Numbered from the whole stretch's first letter, positions 13,167 through 26,247 are shown. The stretch is 63,163 nucleotides of DNA, filler included, from Neoconidiobolus thromboides FSU 785 (GCA_025603075.1; 10 parts of 10 records of this genome joined end to end with filler, not necessarily neighbours in it); one strand, 5' to 3'. The notes: generated by a model from the letters alone, not told the origin. Numbers and translations: made by a program.

Positions 13167-14283
13167 ATGGGCGGCTTAGAAGCAAGCAGTAAAAAATCAG
13201 AATCTGGTTTAGCAAGATTTTGCGGTTCAGCAAGTTCAGGTCTTTTAGAGTTATTGGGGTTCCATCCAGTAGATACCGTTGCCAAACGTTTGATGTCAAA
13301 TCAAAGCTCTGTAAGTGAAACAAATCATAAAATAATTTAGTGCTTAGGCTCATAGCTTTTTATTAGATCTTTGTTAAAGGAGCACCATTGTCAGAAAGTA
13401 TGGCCAGTTTAAACAAAGTTGTTTTTAAGGTAAGATTAGTCATTTTAACAAATAAAAACATTAAACTAAACCAACGTAGAGTGCTGCTGAGCAATCCTTT
13501 ATAAAAAAATATACTAGTTTATTCCCAGGTTTGGGATTTGCTGCCGGATATAAAATCACCCAAAGAGTATATAAATACGGAGGTCAACCCTACGTCAAAG
13601 ATTACTTAAACACCAATCACCGCTCTTTTTTCACTAACTTCTTTGGCGAAAAGACTGGTAAAACAGTTATGCACGCTACTGCTGGTTCCATTGTTGGTAT
13701 TGGCGAAGTAGCTTTACTTCCATTAGATGTACTTAAAATCAAGTCCCAAACTAACCCAGAAACTCTCAAGGGTAGAGGTATCTTTGCCTTGATTAAGGAT
13801 GAAGGCCTTGGGCTGTATCGGTAAGTTAAAAAAATGTTTGAATTTGCTTTGTTTTAATAATTTTTTAGTGGTGGTATGTGGACCGCAGCCCGTAATGCCC
13901 CAGGATCTTTTGCCTTATTTGGAGGAGCAGCTATTGTAAAAGAATATTTCTTTGGATTAAAGGATTACAATCAAGCTACCTTTTTCCAAAACTTCTGCTC
14001 ATCTATTGGAGGTGCCGTAGCTTCTATTACAGTCGCTGCCCCATTAGACGTAGTTAAAACTCGTATTCAAAATAGACCTTTTGATGCTCCAGAATCTGGA
14101 ATGAATATTATTAAAGATATGATTAAAAAAGAAGGTATGGGAGCTTTCTTTAAGGGGTTAACACCAAAGATATTAGTAGTTGGTCCTAAGCTTATCTTCT
14201 CATTCACTGTTGCTCAACAATTGATTCCTATATTCCATGAAACCTTTGAAAAAGCCGGAATTACCCATACAAGTCAAGCTTAA
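13167..14283 (+). CDS. GGC1: Mitochondrial GTP/GDP carrier (Ggc1/Yhm1 type), multi-exon
   Basis: ARFCGSASSGLLELLGFHPVDTVAKRLMSN, PLDVLKIKSQTNPE, PLDVVKTRIQ, KGLTPKILVVGPKLIFSF; three carrier-signature repeats. Confidence 0.9.
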
Positions 14284-14462
14284 GAAAATAATGACATAAC
14301 CTTGGTTATACATTTGTGCCACCCTTTTGATTTTATTTTTCGTACAATAAATAAAATTTAATTAGACATAAGTTTATTACTTTTTTGATTTATTCTTTTT
14401 ATTACACTTTAAGTTAATTTTTTACAAATATAAATTTAACTTTTTAAATTTATTTAGCTAAG

Positions 14463-17400
14463 ATGGGATTTAAAAATAAAAACAAAGGGAAAGCAAAGAA
14501 AAATAATAACAAAAATAAAAGTAAACAAATAAAAGAAAAGAAAGAAGAGATCGATATAAATGACCCATCTCCAAACACATTACTAATCAGTGAAGATCAA
14601 AATGATTTAAATCAAGATAAAAATAATGAGTCTGCTAGTGATAGCTCTACTCCAAATAATGAATCGAGTTCTGAGAGCAAAGATGAATTAAGCCAAGATC
14701 AAACTAATAAGTCTAATGATGAAGCTAAAAAATTGGATCTAGAGGGTAAAGACGATTCTGTTAGTAAAAATTTATTCCTAATTAGAGAATCAAAAGATGA
14801 ACTAATTCAAGATCAATCCAATAAATCTGGTGATAAGGTCGAAGGATCTAATAAAAACGTCAAAGATGAATCAAATCAAGATGAAATCATTAAATCTGAA
14901 AATGAGGTCATAATATCAGATGAACAACTTAAATCAAGGCAAGAGAAAGCTAAAGATCCCAATAATGAAAATAAAGAGCAAATAATACAAAAGGAGCGTA
15001 ATGAATCCAATAACGAGAGTAAAAAGCCAAGTCAAGCTGAGACTGAAGAGAAGTTTACATATTCAATTATGGAAAATAAGCAAACACTATCAGATAATAC
15101 TATGAATTCAAACAACGAAAATAGAAATAAATTAATAAAAGATGCATTTAACGAATCTATTAATAATGGAAACGAAATGGAGAAAGTTCAAGTTGTTAAT
15201 CCTAGTAGTGAGATCAGGAATGAGCTTAATGAAACTGTTTCTGAAAACAAAGAATCTGTTCAAGATAAAATTAAGGATTTCAAGAATAGAGATCTAACAA
15301 TAAATGAAGCTACCGATAGAAATAAGAGTAATAATACTCAGGGTGATAATAAAGTGGATTCAAGTGAAACAAAGTCTTACGCAGATATGGCAAAAGAAAG
15401 TGAACAAGGAACTAAAAACGAGGATTCTGAAGAATTCGAGTTTATTGAGCATACTTTGCCCTCACCTTCTAATGGAGAAATAGATGAAAACAAAGAAACA
15501 GGTAAAAACGGCCGAGCCTTAGAAGCTAAAGCAGAGCTTGAAATATCGAATGATAATGCTAAATCTAGAGATAAAGGATCAAATGATACTGCTGTTAAAC
15601 CAGAGCTTAAGGCCCTGGATAATATTCATGAAGCTAAAACCAAAGGACTGGACAATAATAGTGTTGGATCTAAGAGCGATGAAACAAATGAGAACGTCAT
15701 TGAGTCTAAAGATAAAGAACCAATAAATGCAACTACCAAAGCTAAAGATGAAGAGCCAAGCACTAATATACCATCAAGTGAAAATGAAGACCAAAATACT
15801 AAGCAAGTTGACAAAAATTCAGATTCAACACAAAATACCAAAGAAAGTCTACCAGCTAAAGATACTACAACAAAAGACAAAAATAGTACAAACAATGGAA
15901 AGGTATCGAGTACTAATGGTGGACCAAAAATTTCCAAAAGCAAAGATATAGAAGAAAACGATTTAACTAAGGATATTATTTCAAAAGATAAAGATGCTGG
16001 GGTAGAATCATCGCCAATTAATGAAAATGACCCACAAACTTCTGAAAAAGAAGAATTACAAAAAAATATCAATAAAAAACCGCCAATTAAAGACACTACT
16101 GTAGAAGACAAAGATGGCTCGAAAGCTGAAACAAACTCAAGTGATGTTAATATCCTAAAATCTACTCATAAACGAGATTCGCAACAAATTACAAATAAAA
16201 AAGAATTAGCTAAAGGCACTGACGTTAAAGGTAAAATGGTTCCTGAAAATGATGATGTCTTACAGGCTACTAAAAAAGAAGACACAATACAAAATATTCA
16301 AGAAAATTCACCAGTTAAAGACATAACTGTAAAAGACGACAGTGGTATAAAGGCTAATACAGCGTCAAGTGGTGGTAATGTCCCACAAAGCACTGACAAT
16401 GAAGGCTCAAAGGAAAATATAAATGAAAGCCCACTTCCTAAAGAAAATACTGTAAAGAGCAAGGATGACATAAAAGCTGAAACAGTAGTAAATGACAATG
16501 AGTTTCCGGAATTTAGTGAAAAAGGAAATCCAAAGCAAATAATGGAAGGAAAATTATTAAATAAAGATGCTAGCCCAGAAAAGAAAAATAATGATAAAGC
16601 CGAATCAGCATCGAGTAATGATAAAGCCCTACAAGATACTGAAAATGAAAATTCAGGACTAAGTAGAATAGAAAAATTATCAGCTAATGATACTATTGTA
16701 AAAGACAACAGTGATAAAGATAAAACAGTGTTGAGTAATAACGATTCCCCACTAAATAACAAACTAGGAAAAGATACCAAAGATGGGAGATTAGCTGGAG
16801 ACAAAAAAGATAGTAATGATGGAGATAAAAATCTAATAGATGTTTTATCTAAAAATGACTCGAAGCCTATAAGTGAAACTACAATTGATGAGGCCAAAGA
16901 CAATGATTCAAAAGCAAGTAAGAAAGCAAAAGATTTGGACTTAAAATCAGCTGAATCAGAGAAAGAATTGGAGGATAAGGATAATGGCTCAGGTAATAAA
17001 GTTAGCAATTTGGACAGAAAAAATGATGAAGAGCCAATTCCCATATCAGAGCTTAAGGATCAGGCTGAAGATAAACTTAACTTAACTAATGAGTCAACTG
17101 AAACTAAAGGTACTGAGAAAGATGAGGTAAATAAGGGGGTTGAATCAACTAAATATCAAGGCCATGTCAACACCAAATCGGATGAAAACAAAGAATTGGA
17201 TTCGGAACCAAAACTATTGAAGCCAGACTTAAAAGAGGACGATGACAAAGTTGGATCAGTTGATGAATTATTATCAGATAATAAGGACTCAAAGGAAGCT
17301 AATACTGAATCAAGCGCAAAAAAAGATGACGAAGAACCTTCAGCATCGAAATCTGAACTACATAAGAATAACCTTGAAGATAATTCTGATGATAGTAAAT

Positions 17401-19088
17401 CAATTGAAACGTTTAGTGAGTCTAAAGACGAAATAAAAGAAAGTGAAGAAGGTGGAAGCATCAAAGGATTAGAAAAAGATAAATATAACCCTGAAATTGT
17501 TTTATTGAATGATGATGACACAAAGTCTGATGAACCAATCAAGGAGCTAAGTATCAATCATAATAAGAAAAACGCTCGCATAAATAAAGCAGATGATAAG
17601 AAGACAGATATGGATAGCTCAGAATTGAAAGCAGAAAATGAAGTTGAGCCAATTGATGAGTTACAAGGCCAAAATAAGATAGAAGAAGAGTTAAGTTCCA
17701 TTAATCTGAATGAAAAGACAGTTAGTGAAAAGAATACTGATGATCAAAGTAAAGCAACTGAAACTAAGGAAGACAATGAAACTAAAGTTGAGAAAGGTAA
17801 TAGTGTTAGAGATGATAAAAAGGGAGGAGAGAGTTTAACAGCTAAAAGTGAACAATACAGCTTCAAAGCTTTAAATAAAGATAATGAATTGTCAACTGGG
17901 ATGAGTCGAAAATCAAGCTCAGCTAGTAATGATATAGAACAAGATACGCCTAAAGTTATAGAGCAAACTGATAAAATAAAATATAAAAATGATGATAATG
18001 AAGAATCTATTACGCCAATTGAAGCTACTAGTAAAACAAAGCAAGTTATTAATAAAGAAAATAATAACAACGAAACTAATAGTACAAATGAGCGTAACAA
18101 TAACCAAAATGATATTGAATCAATAAAGAGTAAACTTGAAGATTTAAAGCAAACAAAAAGCATATTCGAAAATTATGTTGACAAAAATAATGATGACGAA
18201 GATAAGGACAATGATTTTGAAAAGATAGAAGCCAAAGATTATAAAGGCAGCAATGAATCCTTAGATCAAGAGATACCAGTAAACACGAAACAAAGTGATA
18301 TAATTAGAGAATCTGGATTATCACCAGATAATATAAAGCCCGATGTTTATGATACCGTTAAAGAATTAGAAAATAACAAGTCGAAAAACCAAGAGCTAAA
18401 TGTATCAAAAGTGCCTAAAACAAAAGATATTAAAGATGAAGTAGAAGAAAAATCAGAGCCGAACTCACCTATACAAATCATTACTTTAGAGGATATCAAG
18501 GAAGACGATAAAGATAAATCAAGTAGTCCAAAAAATAAGCAAGATGAACAAAAAGATTCTTTAACTACTACTACAAGTAAAATATCATCTGAAAGCACAA
18601 AAGTTAAAGTTCAAGATAGCTTAAATACTGGAAAGTCAGTTAAAGATGAAAGTGAAGCTAAGCCGACTCAAAGTGAAAACGAAGATTCACCAAGTAAAGA
18701 ACCAGGTATAAAAGAAGACGTTGAACTTATTGAGCTCCCTCAAGATGGTGTCAATAAAGAAGAGGCTATCGTTGGAGAGAATGAGTCTACAGACTCACTT
18801 GGTGAAGTCATTGAAGCTGAGTTAGAGGCTGAAGAAGAAGACTATGAAATCATTGAATCTATTGAACTTACTGAGGAAGAAAATTTAGTTTTGATTGAAA
18901 AGATACAATTGCTTCTTACGGATGAGATGGAACAGTTGTATGAAACAGCTTATCAAGAAGTTGTAGTTGAGGTTGAAGATAGCTTAAAAGACCAGTTGAA
19001 GCAAAATGTGGAAAACATTAAACGGGAAGCTTTTAATGAAGAGTACCAGAGACTGGTAAAGAGTAGAGATGATGTTACGCTTTGTTAG
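14463..19088 (+). CDS. Large acidic, E/K/D/N/S-rich disordered protein (1541 aa) of unknown function
   Basis: 4.6-kb uninterrupted ORF in DNA rich in stop codons; basic N-terminus, degenerate 41-aa repeats, helical acidic C-terminus. The exact 3' end is uncertain. Confidence 0.8.
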   Translation: MGFKNKNKGKAKKNNNKNKSKQIKEKKEEIDINDPSPNTLLISEDQNDLNQDKNNESASDSSTPNNESSSESKDELSQDQTNKSNDEAKKLDLEGKDDSVSKNLFLIRESKDELIQDQSNKSGDKVEGSNKNVKDESNQDEIIKSENEVIISDEQLKSRQEKAKDPNNENKEQIIQKERNESNNESKKPSQAETEEKFTYSIMENKQTLSDNTMNSNNENRNKLIKDAFNESINNGNEMEKVQVVNPSSEIRNELNETVSENKESVQDKIKDFKNRDLTINEATDRNKSNNTQGDNKVDSSETKSYADMAKESEQGTKNEDSEEFEFIEHTLPSPSNGEIDENKETGKNGRALEAKAELEISNDNAKSRDKGSNDTAVKPELKALDNIHEAKTKGLDNNSVGSKSDETNENVIESKDKEPINATTKAKDEEPSTNIPSSENEDQNTKQVDKNSDSTQNTKESLPAKDTTTKDKNSTNNGKVSSTNGGPKISKSKDIEENDLTKDIISKDKDAGVESSPINENDPQTSEKEELQKNINKKPPIKDTTVEDKDGSKAETNSSDVNILKSTHKRDSQQITNKKELAKGTDVKGKMVPENDDVLQATKKEDTIQNIQENSPVKDITVKDDSGIKANTASSGGNVPQSTDNEGSKENINESPLPKENTVKSKDDIKAETVVNDNEFPEFSEKGNPKQIMEGKLLNKDASPEKKNNDKAESASSNDKALQDTENENSGLSRIEKLSANDTIVKDNSDKDKTVLSNNDSPLNNKLGKDTKDGRLAGDKKDSNDGDKNLIDVLSKNDSKPISETTIDEAKDNDSKASKKAKDLDLKSAESEKELEDKDNGSGNKVSNLDRKNDEEPIPISELKDQAEDKLNLTNESTETKGTEKDEVNKGVESTKYQGHVNTKSDENKELDSEPKLLKPDLKEDDDKVGSVDELLSDNKDSKEANTESSAKKDDEEPSASKSELHKNNLEDNSDDSKSIETFSESKDEIKESEEGGSIKGLEKDKYNPEIVLLNDDDTKSDEPIKELSINHNKKNARINKADDKKTDMDSSELKAENEVEPIDELQGQNKIEEELSSINLNEKTVSEKNTDDQSKATETKEDNETKVEKGNSVRDDKKGGESLTAKSEQYSFKALNKDNELSTGMSRKSSSASNDIEQDTPKVIEQTDKIKYKNDDNEESITPIEATSKTKQVINKENNNNETNSTNERNNNQNDIESIKSKLEDLKQTKSIFENYVDKNNDDEDKDNDFEKIEAKDYKGSNESLDQEIPVNTKQSDIIRESGLSPDNIKPDVYDTVKELENNKSKNQELNVSKVPKTKDIKDEVEEKSEPNSPIQIITLEDIKEDDKDKSSSPKNKQDEQKDSLTTTTSKISSESTKVKVQDSLNTGKSVKDESEAKPTQSENEDSPSKEPGIKEDVELIELPQDGVNKEEAIVGENESTDSLGEVIEAELEAEEEDYEIIESIELTEEENLVLIEKIQLLLTDEMEQLYETAYQEVVVEVEDSLKDQLKQNVENIKREAFNEEYQRLVKSRDDVTLC

Positions 19089-19156
19089 GGTTATGTTCGC
19101 TAGAGATGATGATTACTTTATATAAGGGCATTGCTTAGTTAAAATATTTTTAATAT

Positions 19157-19255
19157 GGGAGTGGTTTTTTTGACTTCATTATTTTTTCCATTTTTTAAGT
19201 GCTATTTAAGCGGAAAAATTGTTAGTAAAATTGTTAGACACAAAAATACATCCCC
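19157..19255 (-). mobile_element. Family B MITE
   Basis: GGGAGTGG...ATACATCCCC with ATAT/ATAT flanks; lies between two convergent genes. Confidence 0.92.
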
Positions 19256-19598
19256 ATATCTTTTTAAATAAAAATTTACACTACTTTGGAGAATTTTTAT
19301 TTTTTAATTTTAACTACTGCTTTTTTCGTTGAAGTTTAAAAGATGTTAAAGTATAAAAATGGACATAAACTCTAAATTTATTATAACAAGCTTAACAATT
19401 TAAAACAAAATAGAAATAATTATTTTTTTATAGTTTAATATTAAAGTGCAAAACTACATGACTTGATCAAGAATAAAAAAGCCATACTTGTAGCATACGG
19501 AATCTATAGTTGCTTAGCTGATAAAATAAGGACCTAGACGGAAATAAGAAGGTTTGAAAAATTTATGAAAAAATTACAAAGTTGAACTCGGATCCAGT

Positions 19599-21187
19599 TT
19601 ACTCTGATTTATTCTTCTTGCTCTTCTTCTTCTTGTCTTTTTTACTTTTACCTTCGGTATCCTCTAATTCACGCTTATTGCTCTCTTCTTTCTTTTCTTT
19701 CTTTTCTTTTTTATCCTTCTTTTCTTTCTTTTCTTTCTTTTGTTCTACTGGGGCTTGGGCTTTTTCTTTACCATTTACTTCAACATCCTCTTCAGGACCT
19801 TCTTCATTCATCCACTCTTCAAGGGCACCCTTCATTGTTTCAGTATTCTTCAATGGTGTGGCACCAGCTTCATAAAACTCCAATCTGTTTTCGACTTGTT
19901 TCTTAAGAGCTTCACCAAACTTGGTGGTTGGTTTATCAATGAAACAATCGATACGGGAAGCCATTGAACATTTGTTGGCAAGGAAGCGAGAAATCCTTCC
20001 CTTGTTTTTAGTACCAGCACGCCCAATGAAGGAAGAGTGATAGATAAGTCCATATTTTGGTGTGTTACCTTTGGTTTTTAAAGCACGGAAAAGGGCTTTT
20101 TCAGCACCAAGAATTTGTACGGTGGAAGCTGGATATTTGGATAAATTGGTTAAGGAACCAGCATGGGAAATAAGACGTGCACCAACTACTTCACCAATCA
20201 AAGCTGCAAGATTAGGGGCTACATGGTTCATCTTACTGATAAGGTATTCATGAAGGTTTTTACGGTACTTAATGATATTGACTACTCGAACTGCAAAACT
20301 TTCAATATTTGCAAGATCAAATTCACCAATATCAGTTCCCATAGAAGAGCGTGCAGCGTCAAGAATTTGACGAGAAACGCTTTCATCATCAGTAATTTCA
20401 GTTAAACCTTCTAAATCTTCTTCAGTAAGACGACCTTTGTTTTTAATGAATTTAGCTAATTGAGCATATTGTGAATTATCTTTAACAATTTTGCTCAACT
20501 CAGGGAAATGCCAAGAGTACCATTCACGGATACGCATAGTGAAAGTATTGACATCTTTATCTAACTGATCGAGAAGAGCAATAGATTGAATGATCATATT
20601 GTCAGAACGGTTAACATTGAACTTAACTTTAGCACGAGAATAAGAGTGACCTAAACCAAGTTGTGCCTTTTCCATATCACTAGTCTTAAGTTGACTTAAA
20701 AGATGATCAAGATGATAACGGACACCACGAACAATTTCAGCTACCATTTCATTGGATACACACTCAACACCAACTGTGGCTTTGACTGAACCTGCTAAAT
20801 TTTTTTCACCTACACCAAGGGTTACTCCCTTCAACTTTTTTGGTAAATTTAATAATAAAAATTCTTTTAAAGTCTCGTTACAGATACCTAAGTTTTAACT
20901 TAATAACTATTCATATAAATAGAGATATTCTTACCTTCGGAAACATCATTAGCGTTTTCTAAAGCTTCAACGGCGGTTTTGAATGGATTAAAAGACTTTA
21001 GTTGAACAGATTTACCAAACTTGGTTAAGTCTAATACATCCTTTTGGATACCCTCCGTAGTCATTGCAATGTCTTCGGATTGGACACGTTGGAAAAGAGC
21101 ATACCCTCCAGCAGTTTCGTATAAAATAAAATCAACCTTAGGAATTTAGATTTTATACAGGTTTAATAAGATAGTTTTAGTTACCAT
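19599..21187 (-). CDS. NOP56: Nucleolar protein 56 (box C/D snoRNP), 3 exons
   Basis: [74 protein letters not shown] tail. Confidence 0.95.
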
Positions 21188-21823
21188 TTGCGTTAGTGTC
21201 TATTTTCTATAGTTTTAAATTAGATTTTGGGGCTAATTTGACAGTAGTCGAATACTAAAAAAAATACAAGGAATTGGAATTTTTTATTTCCTTTTTCTGG
21301 AAACTCGGGTTTGAGCTTAAATTATGGGATTTTATGGATTTAGACGAATTAAAATTGGCTTTGGTTCATTTGCTGAGAAAATTGATTAGGATAAAATATT
21401 TTTTAGATGATGTGAATAAAACAATTTTAAATTTAACTAAATAGAGGCGATATATGATAATTATTAATATCAAACAAAAATATTGCTAAAGAATAGTTGA
21501 TGAAAAACATTGATATTTGATTCATTTCAATAGAGATTCTAAGTTTTTTTATCATTGATATTGTGGTTCAAACTTACTTTTTTATACACAATATCAGTAT
21601 TATCTAGTAACAATGTAATGTAAACGCAGCTTTTATAAGAATAGTATTTAATTTAGGGTGCATGAAGCACCGAAATTTTATCTTTGTTTTATAATTTTTA
21701 TTAAATTTTATATTTAACCTTTATCTAAAACGAAGCTAAACATATACTATTAAATATACTAGGAGAAGGTATCAAAAATAAACTTGAGTAACTTGACTCA
21801 AAAATCAGCTAAAGTAATTTAAA

Positions 21824-23806
21824 CTATGGATGGCTACCACAAAATTTTTTATCCCCTAAAAAACCCAAACTTGTATCACGATTGAAGCCTTGAAATATTG
21901 GCCATAATTTCGAAAGTTCAAAAATTTTTGCCTTACACAATTTTACAAACTTCATTCCCTCTTCCCCTTTGTCCAAAGTAAATGGATAGGTGGCCCACTC
22001 TAAATTGAATACATTACCAAAATGGATATGGTAAAACAAATGGAAGCTTTCAGTCTTTGTATCTTTTTTTAGCTTGTTTTCAATCGCTGTGATAAATTTG
22101 TACAGCCTAAGCCCTAATTTTTTATAATCGGTAGCGAAGTCAAGATGCTGGATTAGTTGGTCATCATCTTCACTTGTTGAAAAAGTGGTTTTTAAGCCAT
22201 AAACTAAGCATAATAAAGAGAGTCGGAATGTATTAGCGGATAAACAAGATAGCAGAAAAGGATGTTCAATAGTATTCACGCTACACGCCATGACTGATTC
22301 TGGAGTAAAAGAAAACATTTCGCACCTTGCTAAACCATTTAGCTTGTTTAGACTTGCATCCACCTTTGCTTTAAGTTCATTTATATTGGCATCAGGTAGC
22401 TTTGATTGCTCTTTGATAGTTATCAATCGAAAATGTTCTTCCATCAAGTAACCAGTTATAGAAGTTATTTTATGATGAATAAGTCTGGAAAACTAAAATG
22501 AGTTAGTTAGAATTGGTTGCTTTGATAATACTTACCAAATCATCAGGCATACCTGTATTATTCTTTAGAGAAAAATTCAGATCTGGTAGCCCTAAAAAAA
22601 TTGATGTTGAAACCGACGATGGCCTTGAGTAATATAATGAAACCATTCTATCTTGCGCTACACATCTAACCCACGTAATATAACTTTCGAGTTGATTGGT
22701 AATGAATAGCTCATTCTGGCACATATTCTCAGATAAATGTAAGCTTAAGATTTGACCAATGCTAAAAAAATTAATTTTTAAACTATTTAGTTGTATTTCA
22801 CTTACCGAACACCTTCCACTAATAACTATTAGCATCTTAAAAAGAAAAATAGAGAAAAATCTTACTATTGGTTAACGAAGACTGATACACTTCCCCATTT
22901 CCCATTTCCAAAAACATACACACTGATAATGCTTGCACTATTTCTAGGCTAGGTTCATACTTGCCTTCTTTAATCATACTTTTACATATCCTGTAATAGC
23001 TATTGTTTTTTAATGAAATATAAGGCAGCTTATTTAAACAATTATAAAGATTCAAAACAGCTGCACAGAGAGAATACTTTAGTATCATTGACTGGACCGT
23101 CTGCGACTTCAAGAGAACGGGTTCCTTTTCTGGAGCAATTAAGTACTCTGCTCGGTTTTGAAATTTGAAAAAAGTTTCTACAAGTTCTAGATGGGTTTTA
23201 AGTTTATAGTTATTTTGGTTGGGTTGTTACAATCAAAATCTTACCTTTTATATTATCTAAACTACACATTGATTGTGCAGTAGTTAATGCCTCTGGGGAC
23301 TCAGATTCCATATTATTAAAGTCATGAATTGATTGTGTGGTATTTAATGTTTCTAGATTTCTAACACTTACGTTATTGTAATTGCGAGTTGATTCTGTAG
23401 AATTCGATGCTTTTGAAGAGCCACTATGCGGCCCAACTACTTTCTCAAACGATTTAGAAGTCACATTACAATATTTATAACCTGATTGGGAATCGTTTGA
23501 TGCTGGAGAAGGACTATTAGTATTTGTAGTGACGGTGTCATTATGATGTGAAGGACTGATAGCGTCTATAGACATATCACTGTTAGGTTGCAAACCAACT
23601 ACTTTCTCAAACAAACTTTCAAGTCTTGCATGTTTCATCTTCAATCGATGAAAAAAATCCCTTCTATTCTTTGCTCTTGATTGAGCGTCTTCTTGGACAT
23701 AGATACAACTCACTTTTCGCTTTGAGCATATACCACAAGGATTTTCCCGATCACATCGCGTCTTACTCTTTTGACAAAATATACATGCTCTTTTAGTACT
23801 CGCCAT
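21824..23806 (-). CDS. Zn(II)2Cys6 fungal transcription factor, multi-exon
   Basis: CIFCQKSKTRCDRENPCGICSKRKVSC binuclear cluster, followed by further exons resembling the middle homology region. Confidence 0.88.
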
Positions 23807-26007
23807 TAAATAAATTTGCCTCTTTTCTATCTTTTTAAATGTCTATTGAGTTACCGTTAATGTTGACTAAACTACTGAAATTATTGTGATTTAGTCTATG
23901 ACAACTTTTTTTATGCTTGACTATTTCATTTCATTTCATATTAGAAATTTGAATTAAACATTGGTTTCAGGATAAATGTTTATCCGTCTTCCGGCGATTT
24001 TGGTAGCTTGCTATTGTTTATAATTATTAAAGACTAAGAAAGCGACTATTATTTATCTAGTTATTTATATTCACATCTTTTTTGTTAATTTAGCTAATTG
24101 TACCACTTGCAATAATTATTAATAAATTAGACGAACCTAATTAAATTTTTAGCATGACCCCTCCTCCTGCTTTATACTTTTAAAATAAATTTTTAAGTAT
24201 TTAAACCGAAAACAATTATTTTCCATTTTTGATCTATAAAAATATAAATTAACTATAGTGTTTAAAAACCTGTGCTTTTTATTTAGCCTTAATAGATGGC
24301 ATGTGGGAATATTTTTTTGATTTATTATTTTTAAGCATAGTGAGTAAAAATGGATAAGTATCACTTTGTCCCATTCGTACTGGCAATTTTAGGTGTATAA
24401 AGGAATAACACAAAATATGATTGCAACAACAAGTATCTTTTAAGTCTAAAAGTAAAGGCTATTTTCAAATAGTTCTTTTTAACTAATGCAATTGTATTGT
24501 CCCAGTCTTTTGAAACTCATAAAACTGCCAGTGTGAATGAGATAAACCTAATAATGATGTAAAAAAACATCCGCTTACGGATTTCGAAAATTTAAACCTA
24601 ACACAACTAAAACACTTTTGTTGAATTTTTTAAATCTAATTTACTCAAATTATTCACACTCCTATTGTGTTTCTGCTTTTATATGACATGGACTACTTAC
24701 AAAATCCATACCGGCTTTTCATTCTCACTAGAACCGCTAGTCCCCTCCATTCAGTTTATGTTTATTGAGTGGGGTATTGGTTGGGAAACCGATTTTGATT
24801 TACTAAATTAGGTTGACCAAAAATTGTAAAGGTAGAGATATCCTGTCTTTATGACCAAATACTCCTTTTTAATCGTTTGTACCATAAATATTGTTACCTA
24901 GGAGCTCACTACCAAGAAATTAAAGAAAATCACTCAACTTATTGAGAAATAAGCAAAAGCTGTTTAAAATATTGCTCCATTCATAAATTCAAAGACAATG
25001 AAATAGAATAGTTGTTTTATTACACTTCTAAAAAAATGTAAGTACAAAGCATTAATTGCTTAATTCAAAGCTGTAACTAACTTGGTAATATTATGTCAAA
25101 ACGACAGTCCGTTATTTTAGCATTTTGGGGTTTAGAGGCTTAAATACAGAGCTCAAAAAACTTTTAAAGTTAAATCGATATCCTTTAACTAATTTAAAGC
25201 TATAATAACAAAACAAATCTTTATCGAGACTAGGTAGTAATAGTATACGATCACTTTAAATGGTAATATCATACAGCTTCCTTATATACCTCTACCCAAA
25301 AAATAAACTGTAAAGCTTATTAAAGCTTTCATCTTTTTTGGCTTTTTATAAAAAAACTTATTTAATGTTTTTGTTTTTGTTAAACTTGATTGTGTTTTTT
25401 AAAACATACCATAAAAATCTGTATTTATAATACAAGAAGTAAACAGAATCAACTAGTATTATTTACTTTGAGAAGATAGATTACAAATACTAAATCAAAT
25501 AGTGCCGCCAGATTAAAGTATACATTGTTAATTCACATTGCCCACCAAATACTATATATATTTAAACAAATCATATTATTCTTAGTATATTAATACTATA
25601 TACGGTTTAACACTGCTATAAGAGCTACTATTTAGCCCATTATTTCAGTATTAATTTTTTTACTGCTGATATAAGTATTTTTTCAAGACATTTGTTAGCT
25701 AAAAAGGCAAAGTTATCTTTAAAATTTTAAAACGGCCTTTTTAACCAAATCGAATACTAAAGTTTTCGAAAAACTCTTAGCATTGGGCTGGTTCAATGTG
25801 TCTCCGGTCCTCACTCAATACCTCTTCTTCTGTTAATATACCTCGCTTTCTCTTCCTTCTTATCATTTACTCTCTTAAATAAATCATATGGTTCGTTAGG
25901 ATGTTGAATAAAAAACATCTTTTCAGAAGCTTTTAATCCAACATTTTATTTATCCAGCCATTATATTTTTAAATTAAACTATGGACACGAAAACAACACT
26001 ACCTTAT

Positions 26008-26104
26008 GGGTATGTTTTTTATGGCTTCATCGCTTTTTCCATTTTCAAGTACTATTTGAGCGGAAAAATTCTGAGTAAAATTCTTAAACACAAGAATACA
26101 TTTC
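26008..26104 (-). mobile_element. Family B MITE
   Basis: GGGTATGTTTTTTATGGCTTC...CACAAGAATACATTTC; right end degenerate. Confidence 0.8.
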
Positions 26105-26247
26105 GATATATTATTTTTTAAATTTTGATAAAATAGCTAAATTATTAAGTAAATATTATATGATAACCTTAATTTTTTGATTTTTGATTTTTTCATGTTT
26201 TTAATAATAAATTATAATATTAGTATTTTATTTTTATTAATTATTTC

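Noticed and set aside
15538-18598. Many antisense and alternate-frame ORFs within the long acidic gene
   Set aside because: Shadows of a purine-rich low-complexity coding strand.
19100-19530. C-box-like ATGATGA near NOP56, suggesting a snoRNA
   Set aside because: No suitably spaced D box or terminal stem was found.
24330-25950. Hydrophobic or charged peptide fragments suggesting decayed genes (also about 10000-10900 and 59400-60600)
   Set aside because: No family-level motifs recognised; cannot be supported without a translated search.
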